Source: Rhodothermales bacterium (GTDB taxonomy: Bacteria > Bacteroidota > Rhodothermia > Rhodothermales > JAWWAN01). Taken from it: a stretch of DNA of 25,864 nucleotides. The stretch lies in the NCBI GenBank assembly GCA_033721675.1, contig JAWWAN010000001.1, positions 1 through 25,864 of the forward strand. The letters are read 5' to 3'. A model generated the notes under the pieces. It was not told the origin of the DNA. It ran no database searches and worked only from the letters and a program-made list of their open reading frames with translations. This document shows positions 17,497 through 25,864 of this stretch, piece by piece. Every line of letters begins with the position of its first letter. Position 1 is the first letter of the stretch. Made by a program: the position numbers and the translations under genes.

Positions 17497-18210
17497 TTAG
17501 TCGAGGTCGCCCTCGGGGTCGAAGGCGCGCTCGATCTCCAGTGCGGCATGCCGCAGGTGGGTGCCGACGCCGGCGAGGTAGGTCGCCATGTCGTTCTTCA
17601 TCTCACGCCACTCTTCCTCGGTGGCGTTCTCGAGCTGCTCCATGCGGGTCGCCATCTCCTGGCGCTCCTGGCGCAGCTCTTCCAGCGTCTCGTTGTACTC
17701 GGCCTGCATCGCCTCGCCGACCTGGTCCATGCGCGCCTCCATCTGCTCGATCTCGCGGCCGAGCTCGGCCGCGCGGGCCTCTACGGCCTGCTCGAACTCC
17801 TCTTTGGTCTCGATGGTCTGGTAGCGCAGCTCATCCATCTCGCGGTCGAACTCCATCATCTCCTCGCGGTACGCCGCGCGGGCCTCGCGCCACTCCTGCT
17901 CGGTAGCGTATTCCATCTGCTCCAGCTCCGCATTGAGCTGCGCGCGCTCCTCACGGAGCTCGGCGACGGTCTCCATATATTCCTCGCGGGCGGCGTCATC
18001 CAGGCCTTCGAGGTTCGCCTCGATCTCGTTGAGCTCCTGGTCTGCCTCGGCCAGGGCCGCATTCGTGGCCGTGCGGAACTCGGCCAGCTCGGTGGCCACA
18101 GCATTCTCCGTGGCCTCGCCGAAGTCCTCGGCCGCGTCCTCCTGGGCCTCCGTGCAGGCGGCCAGCAGCAAAATCAGAAGGACGAATAGTGGAAGGGTGC
18201 GTTTGTACAT
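17497..18210 (-). CDS. Acidic coiled-coil lipoprotein with two internal repeats (Sll1863-like)
   Basis: Signal MYKRTLPLFVLLILLLAAC with canonical lipobox LAAC; two 68-aa repeats ending ATE(Q/E)EWRE. Confidence 0.8.
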   Translation of the reverse strand: MYKRTLPLFVLLILLLAACTEAQEDAAEDFGEATENAVATELAEFRTATNAALAEADQELNEIEANLEGLDDAAREEYMETVAELREERAQLNAELEQMEYATEQEWREARAAYREEMMEFDREMDELRYQTIETKEEFEQAVEARAAELGREIEQMEARMDQVGEAMQAEYNETLEELRQERQEMATRMEQLENATEEEWREMKNDMATYLAGVGTHLRHAALEIERAFDPEGDLD

Positions 18211-18442
18211 GAGGGTTGCCTCCAGGGGCTATGATCGGGTGAAATGGGGATCGACACCGGCCCGCGCCGTAGGCGCGTGCCCGGTGCCGCTCTCTTCTGT
18301 ATCTTGCGGGGGATCCCCGCTGTGGCAAGACCATGGCGGGGGTCATCGCAGCTACAACCGCCCCCCGGAAAGGCCGGTTCTGGCAGGATCGTGAGGAAGC
18401 GGTTACGTGCGGAGCAGATCAGACAAACCCTGTTACGGCTCG

Positions 18443-19495
18443 ATGCGGAAGACCTTCGCGGCACTGATCGCCGGGGGCGTGCTCTACCTCCTCCTGTGGC
18501 CCGTCCCGGTAGACCCGGTCGCATGGCAGCCTCCGGCCTCCCACGCCTACCCGCCCAACACGGCGCTCGAAGCGGGCGAGCGCATCGACCTGCCCGACGG
18601 GCACGGGCCGGAGGACGTCGCGGTCGACTCTCTGGGGCGGATCTACGCCGGCCTCGCCGACGGACGCCTCGTGCGTCTCGCCCCGGACGGCACCGGGATG
18701 GAAGAACTCGCCCACACCGGCGGGCACCCACTCGGGCTCGATTTCGGCGCCGACGGGACGCTCTACGTGGCCGATGCCTTCGAGGGGTTGCTCGCCCTGG
18801 AGCCCGGCGGCCCCCTCCGCACGCTCACCACTGAAGCCGGCGGCGTGCCCTTCCGCTTCACCGACGACGTAGACGTGGGCCCGGACGGCACGGTCTACTT
18901 CACCGACGCCTCGTCCCGCTTCGGCCAGCCGGAGTACAAGCTCGACGTGCTGGAGAGCCGCCCCCACGGCCGCCTCCTCGCCTGGGACCCCGCCACGGGC
19001 CGGACGCGCGTGCTGCTGGACAGCCTCTACTTCGCGAATGGCGTCGCCGTCGCGCCGGACGGGGGCTACCTGCTGGTCAACGAGACGACGCGCTACCGCA
19101 CCCGGCGCTACGAGCTGACCGGGCCCCGCGCGGGCACTTCGTCCGTCGTGCTGGAGCAACTGCCCGGCTTCCCGGACGGCGTGGCCGCCGCCGCCGACGG
19201 GACGTTCTGGCTGACGCTCATCGCGCCGCGCAACCCCCTCGTCGACGGGCTCGCCGGGCAACCCTGGTTGCGGCGGGTGATAGCGCGGCTGCCGGCCTTC
19301 GTCCAGCCGGCCCCGGCACGCCACGGGTTCCTCATCCAGCTGGACGGGGAGGGCCGCGTGTTGCGTACGCTGCAGAGCCCGAGCGGGGTGCCCCTGGCAC
19401 TCATCAGCAGCGTCGAGCCGCACGGCGGCACGCTGTACCTGGGCAGCCTCGAAGAGCCGGCGCTGGGGCGGTTTCCACTGGGTGCGGCGGAGTGA
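18443..19495 (+). CDS. Strictosidine synthase-like / SMP-30-gluconolactonase family beta-propeller (APMAP-like)
   Basis: N-terminal TM; GPEDVAVD, GHPLGL, FTDDVDV, VYFTDASSRF, LYFANGVA, LPGFPDGV. Start ATG 18443. Confidence 0.9.
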   Translation: MRKTFAALIAGGVLYLLLWPVPVDPVAWQPPASHAYPPNTALEAGERIDLPDGHGPEDVAVDSLGRIYAGLADGRLVRLAPDGTGMEELAHTGGHPLGLDFGADGTLYVADAFEGLLALEPGGPLRTLTTEAGGVPFRFTDDVDVGPDGTVYFTDASSRFGQPEYKLDVLESRPHGRLLAWDPATGRTRVLLDSLYFANGVAVAPDGGYLLVNETTRYRTRRYELTGPRAGTSSVVLEQLPGFPDGVAAAADGTFWLTLIAPRNPLVDGLAGQPWLRRVIARLPAFVQPAPARHGFLIQLDGEGRVLRTLQSPSGVPLALISSVEPHGGTLYLGSLEEPALGRFPLGAAE

Positions 19496-19544
19496 GGGGC
19501 CTGCGGCGTGCAGGCGAGGCGATGCCATAATGCCCCGGGTGAGC

Positions 19545-19573
19545 TTGACAATCCTGTAAAATCGACGTAAAGT
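19545..19573 (+). promoter_or_regulatory. Sigma70 promoter of gdhA
   Basis: TTGACA (19545-19550), 17 nt spacer, TAAAGT (19568-19573). Confidence 0.8.
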
Positions 19574-19669
19574 TGGCGGTGTCGGAAGCGCTTCCGAGGG
19601 CATATGCCACCCTCTCGCTCCCCCTTCCTTCCGGCGCCGGTCTATGCCTTCCACTCAACAGGAGGATCC

Positions 19670-21061
19670 ATGGAGATCGTCGCGATGGCCCCGCTGGAGC
19701 TAGACACGTTCATGGAGGGAGTACGCCGCCGCAACCCGCACGAGCCCGAGTTCCAGCAGGCCGTGGCCGAGGTCGCCGAAAAAGTCATCCCCTACATCCA
19801 GCAGCATCCACACTACGCCGACGCCGCCATTCTGGAGCGCATGACCGAGCCGGACCGCGTGCTGTCCTTCCGCGTCGCCTGGCAGGACGACCAGGGCCGC
19901 GTCCGCGTCAACCGGGGCTACCGGGTCCAGTTCAACAACGCCATCGGGCCGTACAAGGGCGGGCTCCGCTTCGACCGCAGCGTCTCGCTCTCCGTCCTGA
20001 AGTTTCTCGGCTTCGAGCAGGTCTTCAAGAACTCGCTCACCACGCTCCCGATGGGCGGAGCCAAGGGCGGGGCGGACTTCAACCCGCGCGGCAAGAGCGA
20101 CTCGGAGGTGATGCGATTCTGCCAGGCGCTCATGAGCGAGCTCTTCCGCCACATCGGCAAGAACACGGACGTGCCGGCCGGAGACATCGGCGTGGGCGCG
20201 CGCGAGATCGGCTACCTCTTCGGGCAGTACAAGCGCCTGCGCAACGAGTTCACCGGCGCGATGACCGGCAAGGGCGTCAGCTTCGGCGGCAGCCTCATCC
20301 GCACCGAGGCCACGGGCTACGGATGCGTCTACTTCGCGCGCGAGATGCTGCGGCGGCGAGGAGAAGACCTCGCCGGGCGCGTGGCGCTGATCTCGGGGTC
20401 GGGCAACGTGGCCCAGTACGCCGCCGAGAAGCTGATCGAGCTGGGCGCGCGCGTGGTGACGATGAGCGACCGGGGGGGATTCCTCTACCGGGAAGCCGGC
20501 CTGACGCAGGAGGAGCTGGAGGCCGTGATGCGCCAGAAGACGGAGCAGCGCGGCACGCTGGAGGCCCTCTGCGAGGAGCGGGGCTGGACCTTCTACGCGG
20601 GCGAGCGCCCCTGGGGCGTCCCGTGCCAGATGGCCTTCCCCTGTGCCACGCAGAACGAGCTGGACGCGGACGACGCCCGGACCCTCCTCCAGCAGGGATG
20701 TGAGCTGGTGTGCGAGGGCGCCAACATGCCGGCCACGACGGAGGCGGCACACCTGTTCGAAGAGACCGGCATCCTCTACGCGCCGGGCAAGGCGGCCAAC
20801 GCCGGCGGCGTGGCGATCTCGGGCCTGGAGATGACGCAGAACTCGATGCGCCTGTCGTGGAGCCGCGAGGAGGTGGACGAGCGCCTGCAGGGGATCATGC
20901 GGCGGATCCACGAGAAGTGCGTGGCCTACGGCGAGGAGGGGACGGTGAGCACCCATGCGGCGGGCACGAACGGGAAGCCGGGGGTGAACTACGTGAAGGG
21001 CGCCAACGTGGCGGGCTTCGTCAAGGTCGCAGACGCTATGCTCGCTTACGGCATCCTCTGA
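19670..21061 (+). CDS. gdhA: NADP-specific glutamate dehydrogenase
   Basis: GGAGGA RBS; GPYKGGLRF, KFLGFEQVFKNSLTTLPMGGAKGG, VPAGDIGVG, RTEATGYG, SGSGNVA, PCATQNE, GKAANAGGVA. Cofactor specificity inferred from subfamily. Confidence 0.95.
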   Translation: MEIVAMAPLELDTFMEGVRRRNPHEPEFQQAVAEVAEKVIPYIQQHPHYADAAILERMTEPDRVLSFRVAWQDDQGRVRVNRGYRVQFNNAIGPYKGGLRFDRSVSLSVLKFLGFEQVFKNSLTTLPMGGAKGGADFNPRGKSDSEVMRFCQALMSELFRHIGKNTDVPAGDIGVGAREIGYLFGQYKRLRNEFTGAMTGKGVSFGGSLIRTEATGYGCVYFAREMLRRRGEDLAGRVALISGSGNVAQYAAEKLIELGARVVTMSDRGGFLYREAGLTQEELEAVMRQKTEQRGTLEALCEERGWTFYAGERPWGVPCQMAFPCATQNELDADDARTLLQQGCELVCEGANMPATTEAAHLFEETGILYAPGKAANAGGVAISGLEMTQNSMRLSWSREEVDERLQGIMRRIHEKCVAYGEEGTVSTHAAGTNGKPGVNYVKGANVAGFVKVADAMLAYGIL

Positions 21062-21117
21062 GCACGCCGCCTCCGGGTGCCCCGGCATGGATCGTTGCGG
21101 TTCTCCGCATCCGGCGA

Positions 21118-21126
21118 TGTTATCTT
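21118..21126 (+). promoter_or_regulatory. Candidate extended -10 promoter for the aminotransferase
   Basis: TG-T-TATCTT, 40 nt upstream of ATG 21166. Confidence 0.4.
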
Positions 21127-21165
21127 CGCGGGCCTCTCGCCTTCTTCCTGACGCCGCGAATCCCG

Positions 21166-22356
21166 ATGCCCTACGCCCCTTTCCATCCGCCCCAGCGCAC
21201 CCTCCTCGGCCCCGGCCCCTCCGACGTCTCGCCGCGCATCCTGGAGGCGATGGCGCGCCCGACGGTAGGGCACCTCGACCCGTCCTTCGTCGGCCTGATG
21301 GACGAGATCAAGGCGCTGCTCCAGTACGCCTTCCGTACAGAGAACCGCCTGACGATCCCCGTCTCGGGGCCGGGCACGGCGGGGATGGAGACCTGCGTGG
21401 TCAACCTCATCGAGCCGGGCGATACGGCCGTGGTGTGCATCAACGGCGTCTTCGGGGGGCGCCTGCAGGCGATGGCGGAGCGGTGCGGGGCCACCGTCGT
21501 GCCCGTCGAGGCGCCGTGGGGGCGGGCCGTCGATCCGGCGAAGCTCGACCAGACGCTGGCGCAGCATCCGGCGGCGAAGGTCGTCGCTTTCGTCCATGCC
21601 GAGACCTCTACGGGCGTGCTCTCGGACGCCGAGGCGCTGGCACGCGTGGCGCAGGAGCACGGGTGCCTGACGCTCGTGGACGCCGTAACGTCGCTGGGCG
21701 GCTCGCCGCTGGAGGTGGACGCATGGGGTCTGGATGCCGTCTATTCGGGCTCGCAGAAGTGCCTCTCCTGTACGCCGGGTCTCTCGCCCGTCACGTTCAG
21801 CCAGCGGGCCGTCGAGGCCGTCGAGCAGCGCACGGCGCCGGTGCAGAGCTGGTTCATGGACGTCACCCAGGTGATGCGCTACTGGGGCGAGGGGAAGCGG
21901 GCCTACCACCACACAGCCCCCATCAACCCGCTCTACGGGCTCCACGAGGCGCTGCTGATCCTCCACGAAGAGGGGGTGGAGGCCGCCTGGGCGCGGCACC
22001 GGCGCCACCACGAGGCGCTCAAGACCGGCCTCGCCGTGCTCAAGCTCGAGCTGATCGTGCCCGAGGCCGAGCGCACGCCTCAGCTCAACGCCGTCGCCGT
22101 GCCGGACGGGCTCGACGAGGCGGCCGTCCGGCGGCGCCTGCTGGAGGAGCATCATCTGGAGATCGGCGCCGGGCTCGGGGCCTTCGCGGGCGAAGTCTGG
22201 CGGATCGGGCTGATGGGGCATAGCAGCCGCCCGGAGAACGTCATCCGCTGCATCGAGGCGCTCGGCTCCGCGCTGATGGACGAAGGGGTAGACGTCGACC
22301 CCGGCGAGGCCGTCGCCCGCACCGAAGAGGTGCTGAGCGTAGAGCGCGACGGGTGA
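21166..22356 (+). CDS. Alanine-glyoxylate / serine-pyruvate aminotransferase (class V PLP)
   Basis: LLGPGPS, SGPGTAGME, VHAETSTGV, VDAVTSLGG, PLP lysine YSGSQKCL, WRIGLMG. Confidence 0.93.
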   Translation: MPYAPFHPPQRTLLGPGPSDVSPRILEAMARPTVGHLDPSFVGLMDEIKALLQYAFRTENRLTIPVSGPGTAGMETCVVNLIEPGDTAVVCINGVFGGRLQAMAERCGATVVPVEAPWGRAVDPAKLDQTLAQHPAAKVVAFVHAETSTGVLSDAEALARVAQEHGCLTLVDAVTSLGGSPLEVDAWGLDAVYSGSQKCLSCTPGLSPVTFSQRAVEAVEQRTAPVQSWFMDVTQVMRYWGEGKRAYHHTAPINPLYGLHEALLILHEEGVEAAWARHRRHHEALKTGLAVLKLELIVPEAERTPQLNAVAVPDGLDEAAVRRRLLEEHHLEIGAGLGAFAGEVWRIGLMGHSSRPENVIRCIEALGSALMDEGVDVDPGEAVARTEEVLSVERDG

Positions 22357-22376
22357 CGGTTCGGGGCGCGTGCAGG

Positions 22377-23435
22377 TCAGTCCCAGCGCCCCTCCGCCAC
22401 GTCCAGCGCGGCCTGCGCCGTGAGGGGGACGAGCGCGCCGAGGGCGGCGAAGCGGCGGTCCTGGGTCTGCCCGCGCAGGTAGCGGACGTAGATCTGCGCG
22501 AGGATGACCGTCAGGCGGTAGAGGCCGAGGGCGTGGTAGAATTGCAGGTCCGGCAGGGCACGCCCGCTGCGCTCGGCGTAGCGCGCAGCGAGGGCCTGGC
22601 GGGTGGGGAAGCGCGCAGCGACGGGCATCATCGCCATCGCGTGGAACGGGGCAGGGTCGCCCGGCTCGATCCAGTACGTGAGGAGAGCGCCGAGGTCGGA
22701 GAGCGGATCGCCGAGGGTGCACATGTCCCAGTCGAAGACGGCCACGAGGCGGCCGGCATCGGCAGGGTCCAGCATGACGTTGTCGAGCTTGTAATCGTTG
22801 TGGACGAGCGTGGCGGCCTGCTCGGCGGGCCGGTGCGCGGCGAGCCACCGGCGCACCGCGCCCATCGCGGGCGCATCGTCCGTCTTCGCCTTCTCCCATC
22901 GCCGCCACCAGCCCTCGATCTGGCGGTCGATGAAGCCGGCGGGCCGCCCCAGGTCCGCCAGCCCGAGCGCGTCATAGTCCACCGCGTGGAGGTCGGCGAG
23001 AGCATCGACGAGCGCCTCGGCCATCCGGCGCGGCGCGGTGGGTGTGTCGAAGACATCGGGGAGGGTCTTGCGCACCACCACGCCCTCGCGGCGCTCCATC
23101 ACGAAGAACGGCGCCCCGATGACGTCCTCGTCGTCGCAGAACACGAAGGCGCGCGGGGCCGGCGGGTAGGCCGTCCACAGCCGGGAGAGCACCCGGTATT
23201 CGCGGCCCATGTCGTGCGCGGACTTCGGGAGGGGGCCGAGCGGCGGCCGGCGGAGGACGTACCGGTGCGTGCCGTAGTCGAGCAGGTACGTCAGGTTGGC
23301 CGCCCCGCCGCCGAACTGGCGGACGGAGAGCGGCTGCTCGGCTCCGGGCAGCCGGCCCCGCAGGTAGCCGGCCAGGCGCTCCTCGTCGAACCGCTCGTCG
23401 GGGCGGACGGCCATCGTGTCGGGCGGGGTGGGCAT
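22377..23435 (-). CDS. Phosphotransferase (APH family; LvaA / ACAD10-11 kinase-domain-like)
   Basis: QFGGGAANLTY, YVLRRPP, AHDMGREYRVL, APFFVME, catalytic HNDYKLDN, VFDWD, GDPLSDLG. Start 23435 or 23414. Confidence 0.9.
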   Translation of the reverse strand: MPTPPDTMAVRPDERFDEERLAGYLRGRLPGAEQPLSVRQFGGGAANLTYLLDYGTHRYVLRRPPLGPLPKSAHDMGREYRVLSRLWTAYPPAPRAFVFCDDEDVIGAPFFVMERREGVVVRKTLPDVFDTPTAPRRMAEALVDALADLHAVDYDALGLADLGRPAGFIDRQIEGWWRRWEKAKTDDAPAMGAVRRWLAAHRPAEQAATLVHNDYKLDNVMLDPADAGRLVAVFDWDMCTLGDPLSDLGALLTYWIEPGDPAPFHAMAMMPVAARFPTRQALAARYAERSGRALPDLQFYHALGLYRLTVILAQIYVRYLRGQTQDRRFAALGALVPLTAQAALDVAEGRWD

Positions 23436-23448
23436 GCCGGGGTATTCA

Positions 23449-23576
23449 GAAGAGATTGGAGAGTGAAGAGTGATGATTAATGATGGTTGAAGGATGTGTC
23501 CTGGGGTGGAGACCAGCGTCCCCTGCTGCCTCCGTCGATCCATGTTCTTCACGCTCCAATCATCTGTACTCCAATC
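23449..23576. repeat. Intergenic inverted repeat built from degenerate heptamers
   Basis: GATTGGAGAGTGAAGA (23454-23469) is complementary (15/16) to TCTTCACGCTCCAATC (23546-23561). Both arms show 7-nt periodicity. AT-rich relative to flanks. Confidence 0.75.
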
Positions 23577-25365
23577 AAACGGCTCCGTCGCCCCAGTCCG
23601 GGTTGGGGCGGATCTCGGCGATGGGGCCGTCGCCCGGGACGAAGACGTCCGTGCTCCGCTCGTCGGGGGGGGTCTCGGTGGCGCGGGCGACGGCGTCGGC
23701 GGGCGGGGGGCGGTCGAGCGGAGGGAAGCCTTCGGCGGCGAGGCGGCGGGCGGCGGCGGCGGGGCGGGCGTCCTGCTCGTGGTCCAGCGCCCACTGCGCG
23801 TGGTGGGCCAGCAGGGCCAGTTCCATAGCGAGGCCGAGGGTCAGGGCGAAGCGCCGCGCGCCGGCCTCGACGGGCACGGGGCCGGAGAGCACGGCGCCGG
23901 TGAGCCACGCGGCGGCGTCGTCGAGCGCCTGCGTGGCGCGCTGCACGGCCTCGGCGAGCGAAGGCTCGGTGACGGCCTCGGCGCACCGTCGGACTTCCTC
24001 TTTCAGCAGCTCCAGCCCGCCCGCTTTCTTGAGCGCGCGCAGCACGTCGAGCGCGAGCACATTCGTGGTACCCTCCCAGATGGGGAGCACCTGGGCGTCG
24101 CGGAGGAGGGCCGGCAGGCCGGTGTCTTCGACGTAGCCGGCCCCGCCGAAGGCTTCGAGCACCTCGCTGGCGACGGTCACGGCCTGCCGTGCGGTGGTCA
24201 GCTTGGCGAGGGGGGTGAGCACACGCAGCAGAGGCGGCGGGGCGGCATCCTCGTCGAACCCATCGGCCTCGCTCTCGCCCAGCAGCTCGGCCACGCGGAA
24301 AGCGAGATGGAAGGCGCCCTCGAACGTGGCTTGCAGACCGGCCAGGGTGTCGGCGTGGAGCGGCTTCTGGGCGAGCGGTGCACCGAAGGCCGTGCGCCGG
24401 GCGGCGTAGTCCCGCGCCAGGGCCAGCCCGCGCCGCATCAGCGCCACGGCCGTGACGGCGTTCCACGCGCGGGTGACGTTGAGCATCGGCGTGATGCGGC
24501 GGACGCCGTCGGTGAGGCCCTGCACGGGCACCGCCGGGGTGCCGTCGAGCGTCAACTCGGCCGTGGGCACCTTGCGCGTGCCCAGCTTGTCCTTCAGGCG
24601 GTGGACGCGGATGCCCTGGAGGCGCCCGGCGTCGTCGCGCAGGCGGACGAAGAACAGGGCGAGGCCCGCGTTCCCTTCCGGCGCGTCTTCTTCGCCCTCG
24701 GGCACCTCGGGGCGGGCGAGGGTGAGCGCCATCTGGGCCGTGACGGCGGAGGTGAACCACTTGCGCCCATAGAGGCGCCACGTGCCGTCCGCATCCTGCC
24801 GCGCCACGGTTTCGGTATGGCTCACGTCAGAGCCTCCGGGCAGCTCGGTCATCCACTGGCCGCTCGTCCAGAAGTGGTCGGGCTGGCGGGTGGTCAGGTG
24901 GGGGAGGGCGTCGAGGATGAGCGCGCCGTTGCCGGAAGCGAGGAGGGTGCGCGCCGCCCCATCGGTCATGGCGAGGGGGCAGCTGTAGAGGTCGGTGGAC
25001 GGCGTGAAGAGGTAGACGAGGGCGAACTGGTGGAGGCGGCTGTGGACGCCGTACTTCTGCTCGTAGGCGGCGGCGACGAGCCCGTGGCGGGCCGCCAGGC
25101 GGGCCGCTTCCTCCCACAGCGGGGTCACCTCCACCCGGTCGATGCGTTCGCCCCAGGCGTCCCACTGCGTCAGCGTCGGCTCGTTGCGGCGGTCGGCGAG
25201 CTGGGCCTCGTAGAGCGGGCCGCCCGCCAGCGCGCCCAGCGCGTGCAACTCGTCTTCGACCTCGGCCAGCACCTCGGCGGGCAGCGCGCGCTGCAGGTAC
25301 GACTGCAGCACGCGGTCGTCCTCGTACTGGTTGCCGAGCCGGGGCGGCGGTTGCTGGAACGCCAT
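23575..25365 (-). CDS. AidB-like acyl-CoA dehydrogenase family protein
   Basis: SCPLAMTDGA, SGQWMTELPGGSDV, KWFTS, RLKDKLGT, LAKL, GGAGYVED, DAQVLPIWEGTTNV. Confidence 0.9.
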   Translation of the reverse strand: MAFQQPPPRLGNQYEDDRVLQSYLQRALPAEVLAEVEDELHALGALAGGPLYEAQLADRRNEPTLTQWDAWGERIDRVEVTPLWEEAARLAARHGLVAAAYEQKYGVHSRLHQFALVYLFTPSTDLYSCPLAMTDGAARTLLASGNGALILDALPHLTTRQPDHFWTSGQWMTELPGGSDVSHTETVARQDADGTWRLYGRKWFTSAVTAQMALTLARPEVPEGEEDAPEGNAGLALFFVRLRDDAGRLQGIRVHRLKDKLGTRKVPTAELTLDGTPAVPVQGLTDGVRRITPMLNVTRAWNAVTAVALMRRGLALARDYAARRTAFGAPLAQKPLHADTLAGLQATFEGAFHLAFRVAELLGESEADGFDEDAAPPPLLRVLTPLAKLTTARQAVTVASEVLEAFGGAGYVEDTGLPALLRDAQVLPIWEGTTNVLALDVLRALKKAGGLELLKEEVRRCAEAVTEPSLAEAVQRATQALDDAAAWLTGAVLSGPVPVEAGARRFALTLGLAMELALLAHHAQWALDHEQDARPAAAARRLAAEGFPPLDRPPPADAVARATETPPDERSTDVFVPGDGPIAEIRPNPDWGDGAV

Positions 25366-25468
25366 GAGAGGGCAGGGCTAGTGATGGGCACGTGGTGAAT
25401 GCAGGGTGGGAAGGCGTGGAACGGGGACGCGGCCGGTGCCACTCCCTGTTCGCTAACCCACCAATCCC

Positions 25469-25864
25469 TTATCGGGATCGGAGTTTCAGGCCGTATGCTT
25501 TAAGCTCCTCGCGGGCGACGACGGTTTTGTGGACCTCGTCCGGGCCGTCGTAGATGCGGGCCGCGCGCTCGTGGCGCATCCAGTGGGAGAGCAGCGAGGC
25601 GTCGGTGAGGCCGGCGGCCCCGTGGGCCTGCACGGCACGGTCCAGTACGCGCTGGAGCACGCCGGCCGTGTAGAACTTGATGGCCGAGATCTGCTTGCGG
25701 GCGGCATAGCTGCCCTCGGCGTCGATGCGGCGGGCGGCGTCGAGCACGAGCAGGCGGGCGGCGTCGATCTCGGCGCGGCTCTCGGCGATCCAGAACTGGA
25801 CGGCCTGCCGCGTGCCGAGCGGCGTGCCGGGGGCGGGCGCGCGCGTGGCGGCCCGCTCGCCGAG
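25469..25864 (-). CDS. Acyl-CoA dehydrogenase, ACAD10/11 / LvaC-type, C-terminal part (5' end outside window)
   Basis: Frame open to the window edge (LGERAATR...QAVQFWIAESRAEIDAARLLVL); ISAIK, DRAVQAHGAAG, RIYDGPDEVH. Confidence 0.9.
   Translation of the reverse strand, partial: LGERAATRAPAPGTPLGTRQAVQFWIAESRAEIDAARLLVLDAARRIDAEGSYAARKQISAIKFYTAGVLQRVLDRAVQAHGAAGLTDASLLSHWMRHERAARIYDGPDEVHKTVVAREELKAYGLKLRSR

Noticed and set aside
18322-18336. GG-N10-GC spacing (TGGCAAGACCATGGC) resembling a sigma54 site
   Set aside because: Lacks the TTGC(A/T) core; expected by chance at this GC content.
18355-18381. Minus-strand AGAAC-N18-GTTG, possible ECF promoter for the repeat lipoprotein
   Set aside because: Too short and degenerate, and far from the start; unsupported without TSS data.
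19700-21088. Full-length antisense ORF opposite gdhA
   Set aside because: Codon-registered antisense frames stay open in GC3-rich genes; no domain motifs, RBS or promoter.
1-25864. CRISPR array, IS element, prophage or defence island
   Set aside because: No regularly spaced repeats, transposase, integrase, phage or cas motifs recognised.

Overview
GC-rich bacterial chromosomal window, mostly housekeeping. The gene set and the rpsF-rpsR-rplI order without ssb suggest a Rhodothermota/Bacteroidota-like organism (inference). Left to right: truncated class B PBP overlapping an FHA-domain gene; tRNA-Ser(UGA); TolC-adaptor-ABC ATPase efflux operon lacking a permease; PrcB-like lipoprotein; orphan PAS histidine kinase with an unrecognised soluble N-terminal domain; small membrane protein; exported serine hydrolase coupled to an exported DJ-1/PfpI protein; SAM methyltransferase; prfA; rpsF-rpsR-rplI; dsbD; tandem-repeat acidic lipoprotein; strictosidine-synthase-like protein; gdhA; class V aminotransferase; and a minus-strand cluster of an ACAD10/11-type dehydrogenase (truncated), an AidB-like dehydrogenase and an APH-family kinase. 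No transposase, integrase, CRISPR array or prophage was seen. The best leads are the lva/ACAD10/11-like kinase-dehydrogenase cluster with an inserted AidB-like gene, the PBP-FHA module, the kinase's unknown sensor domain, two candidate ECF-sigma promoters sharing AACAATCC, and several intergenic repeats and palindromes. Family calls come from motif recognition only; no searches were run.
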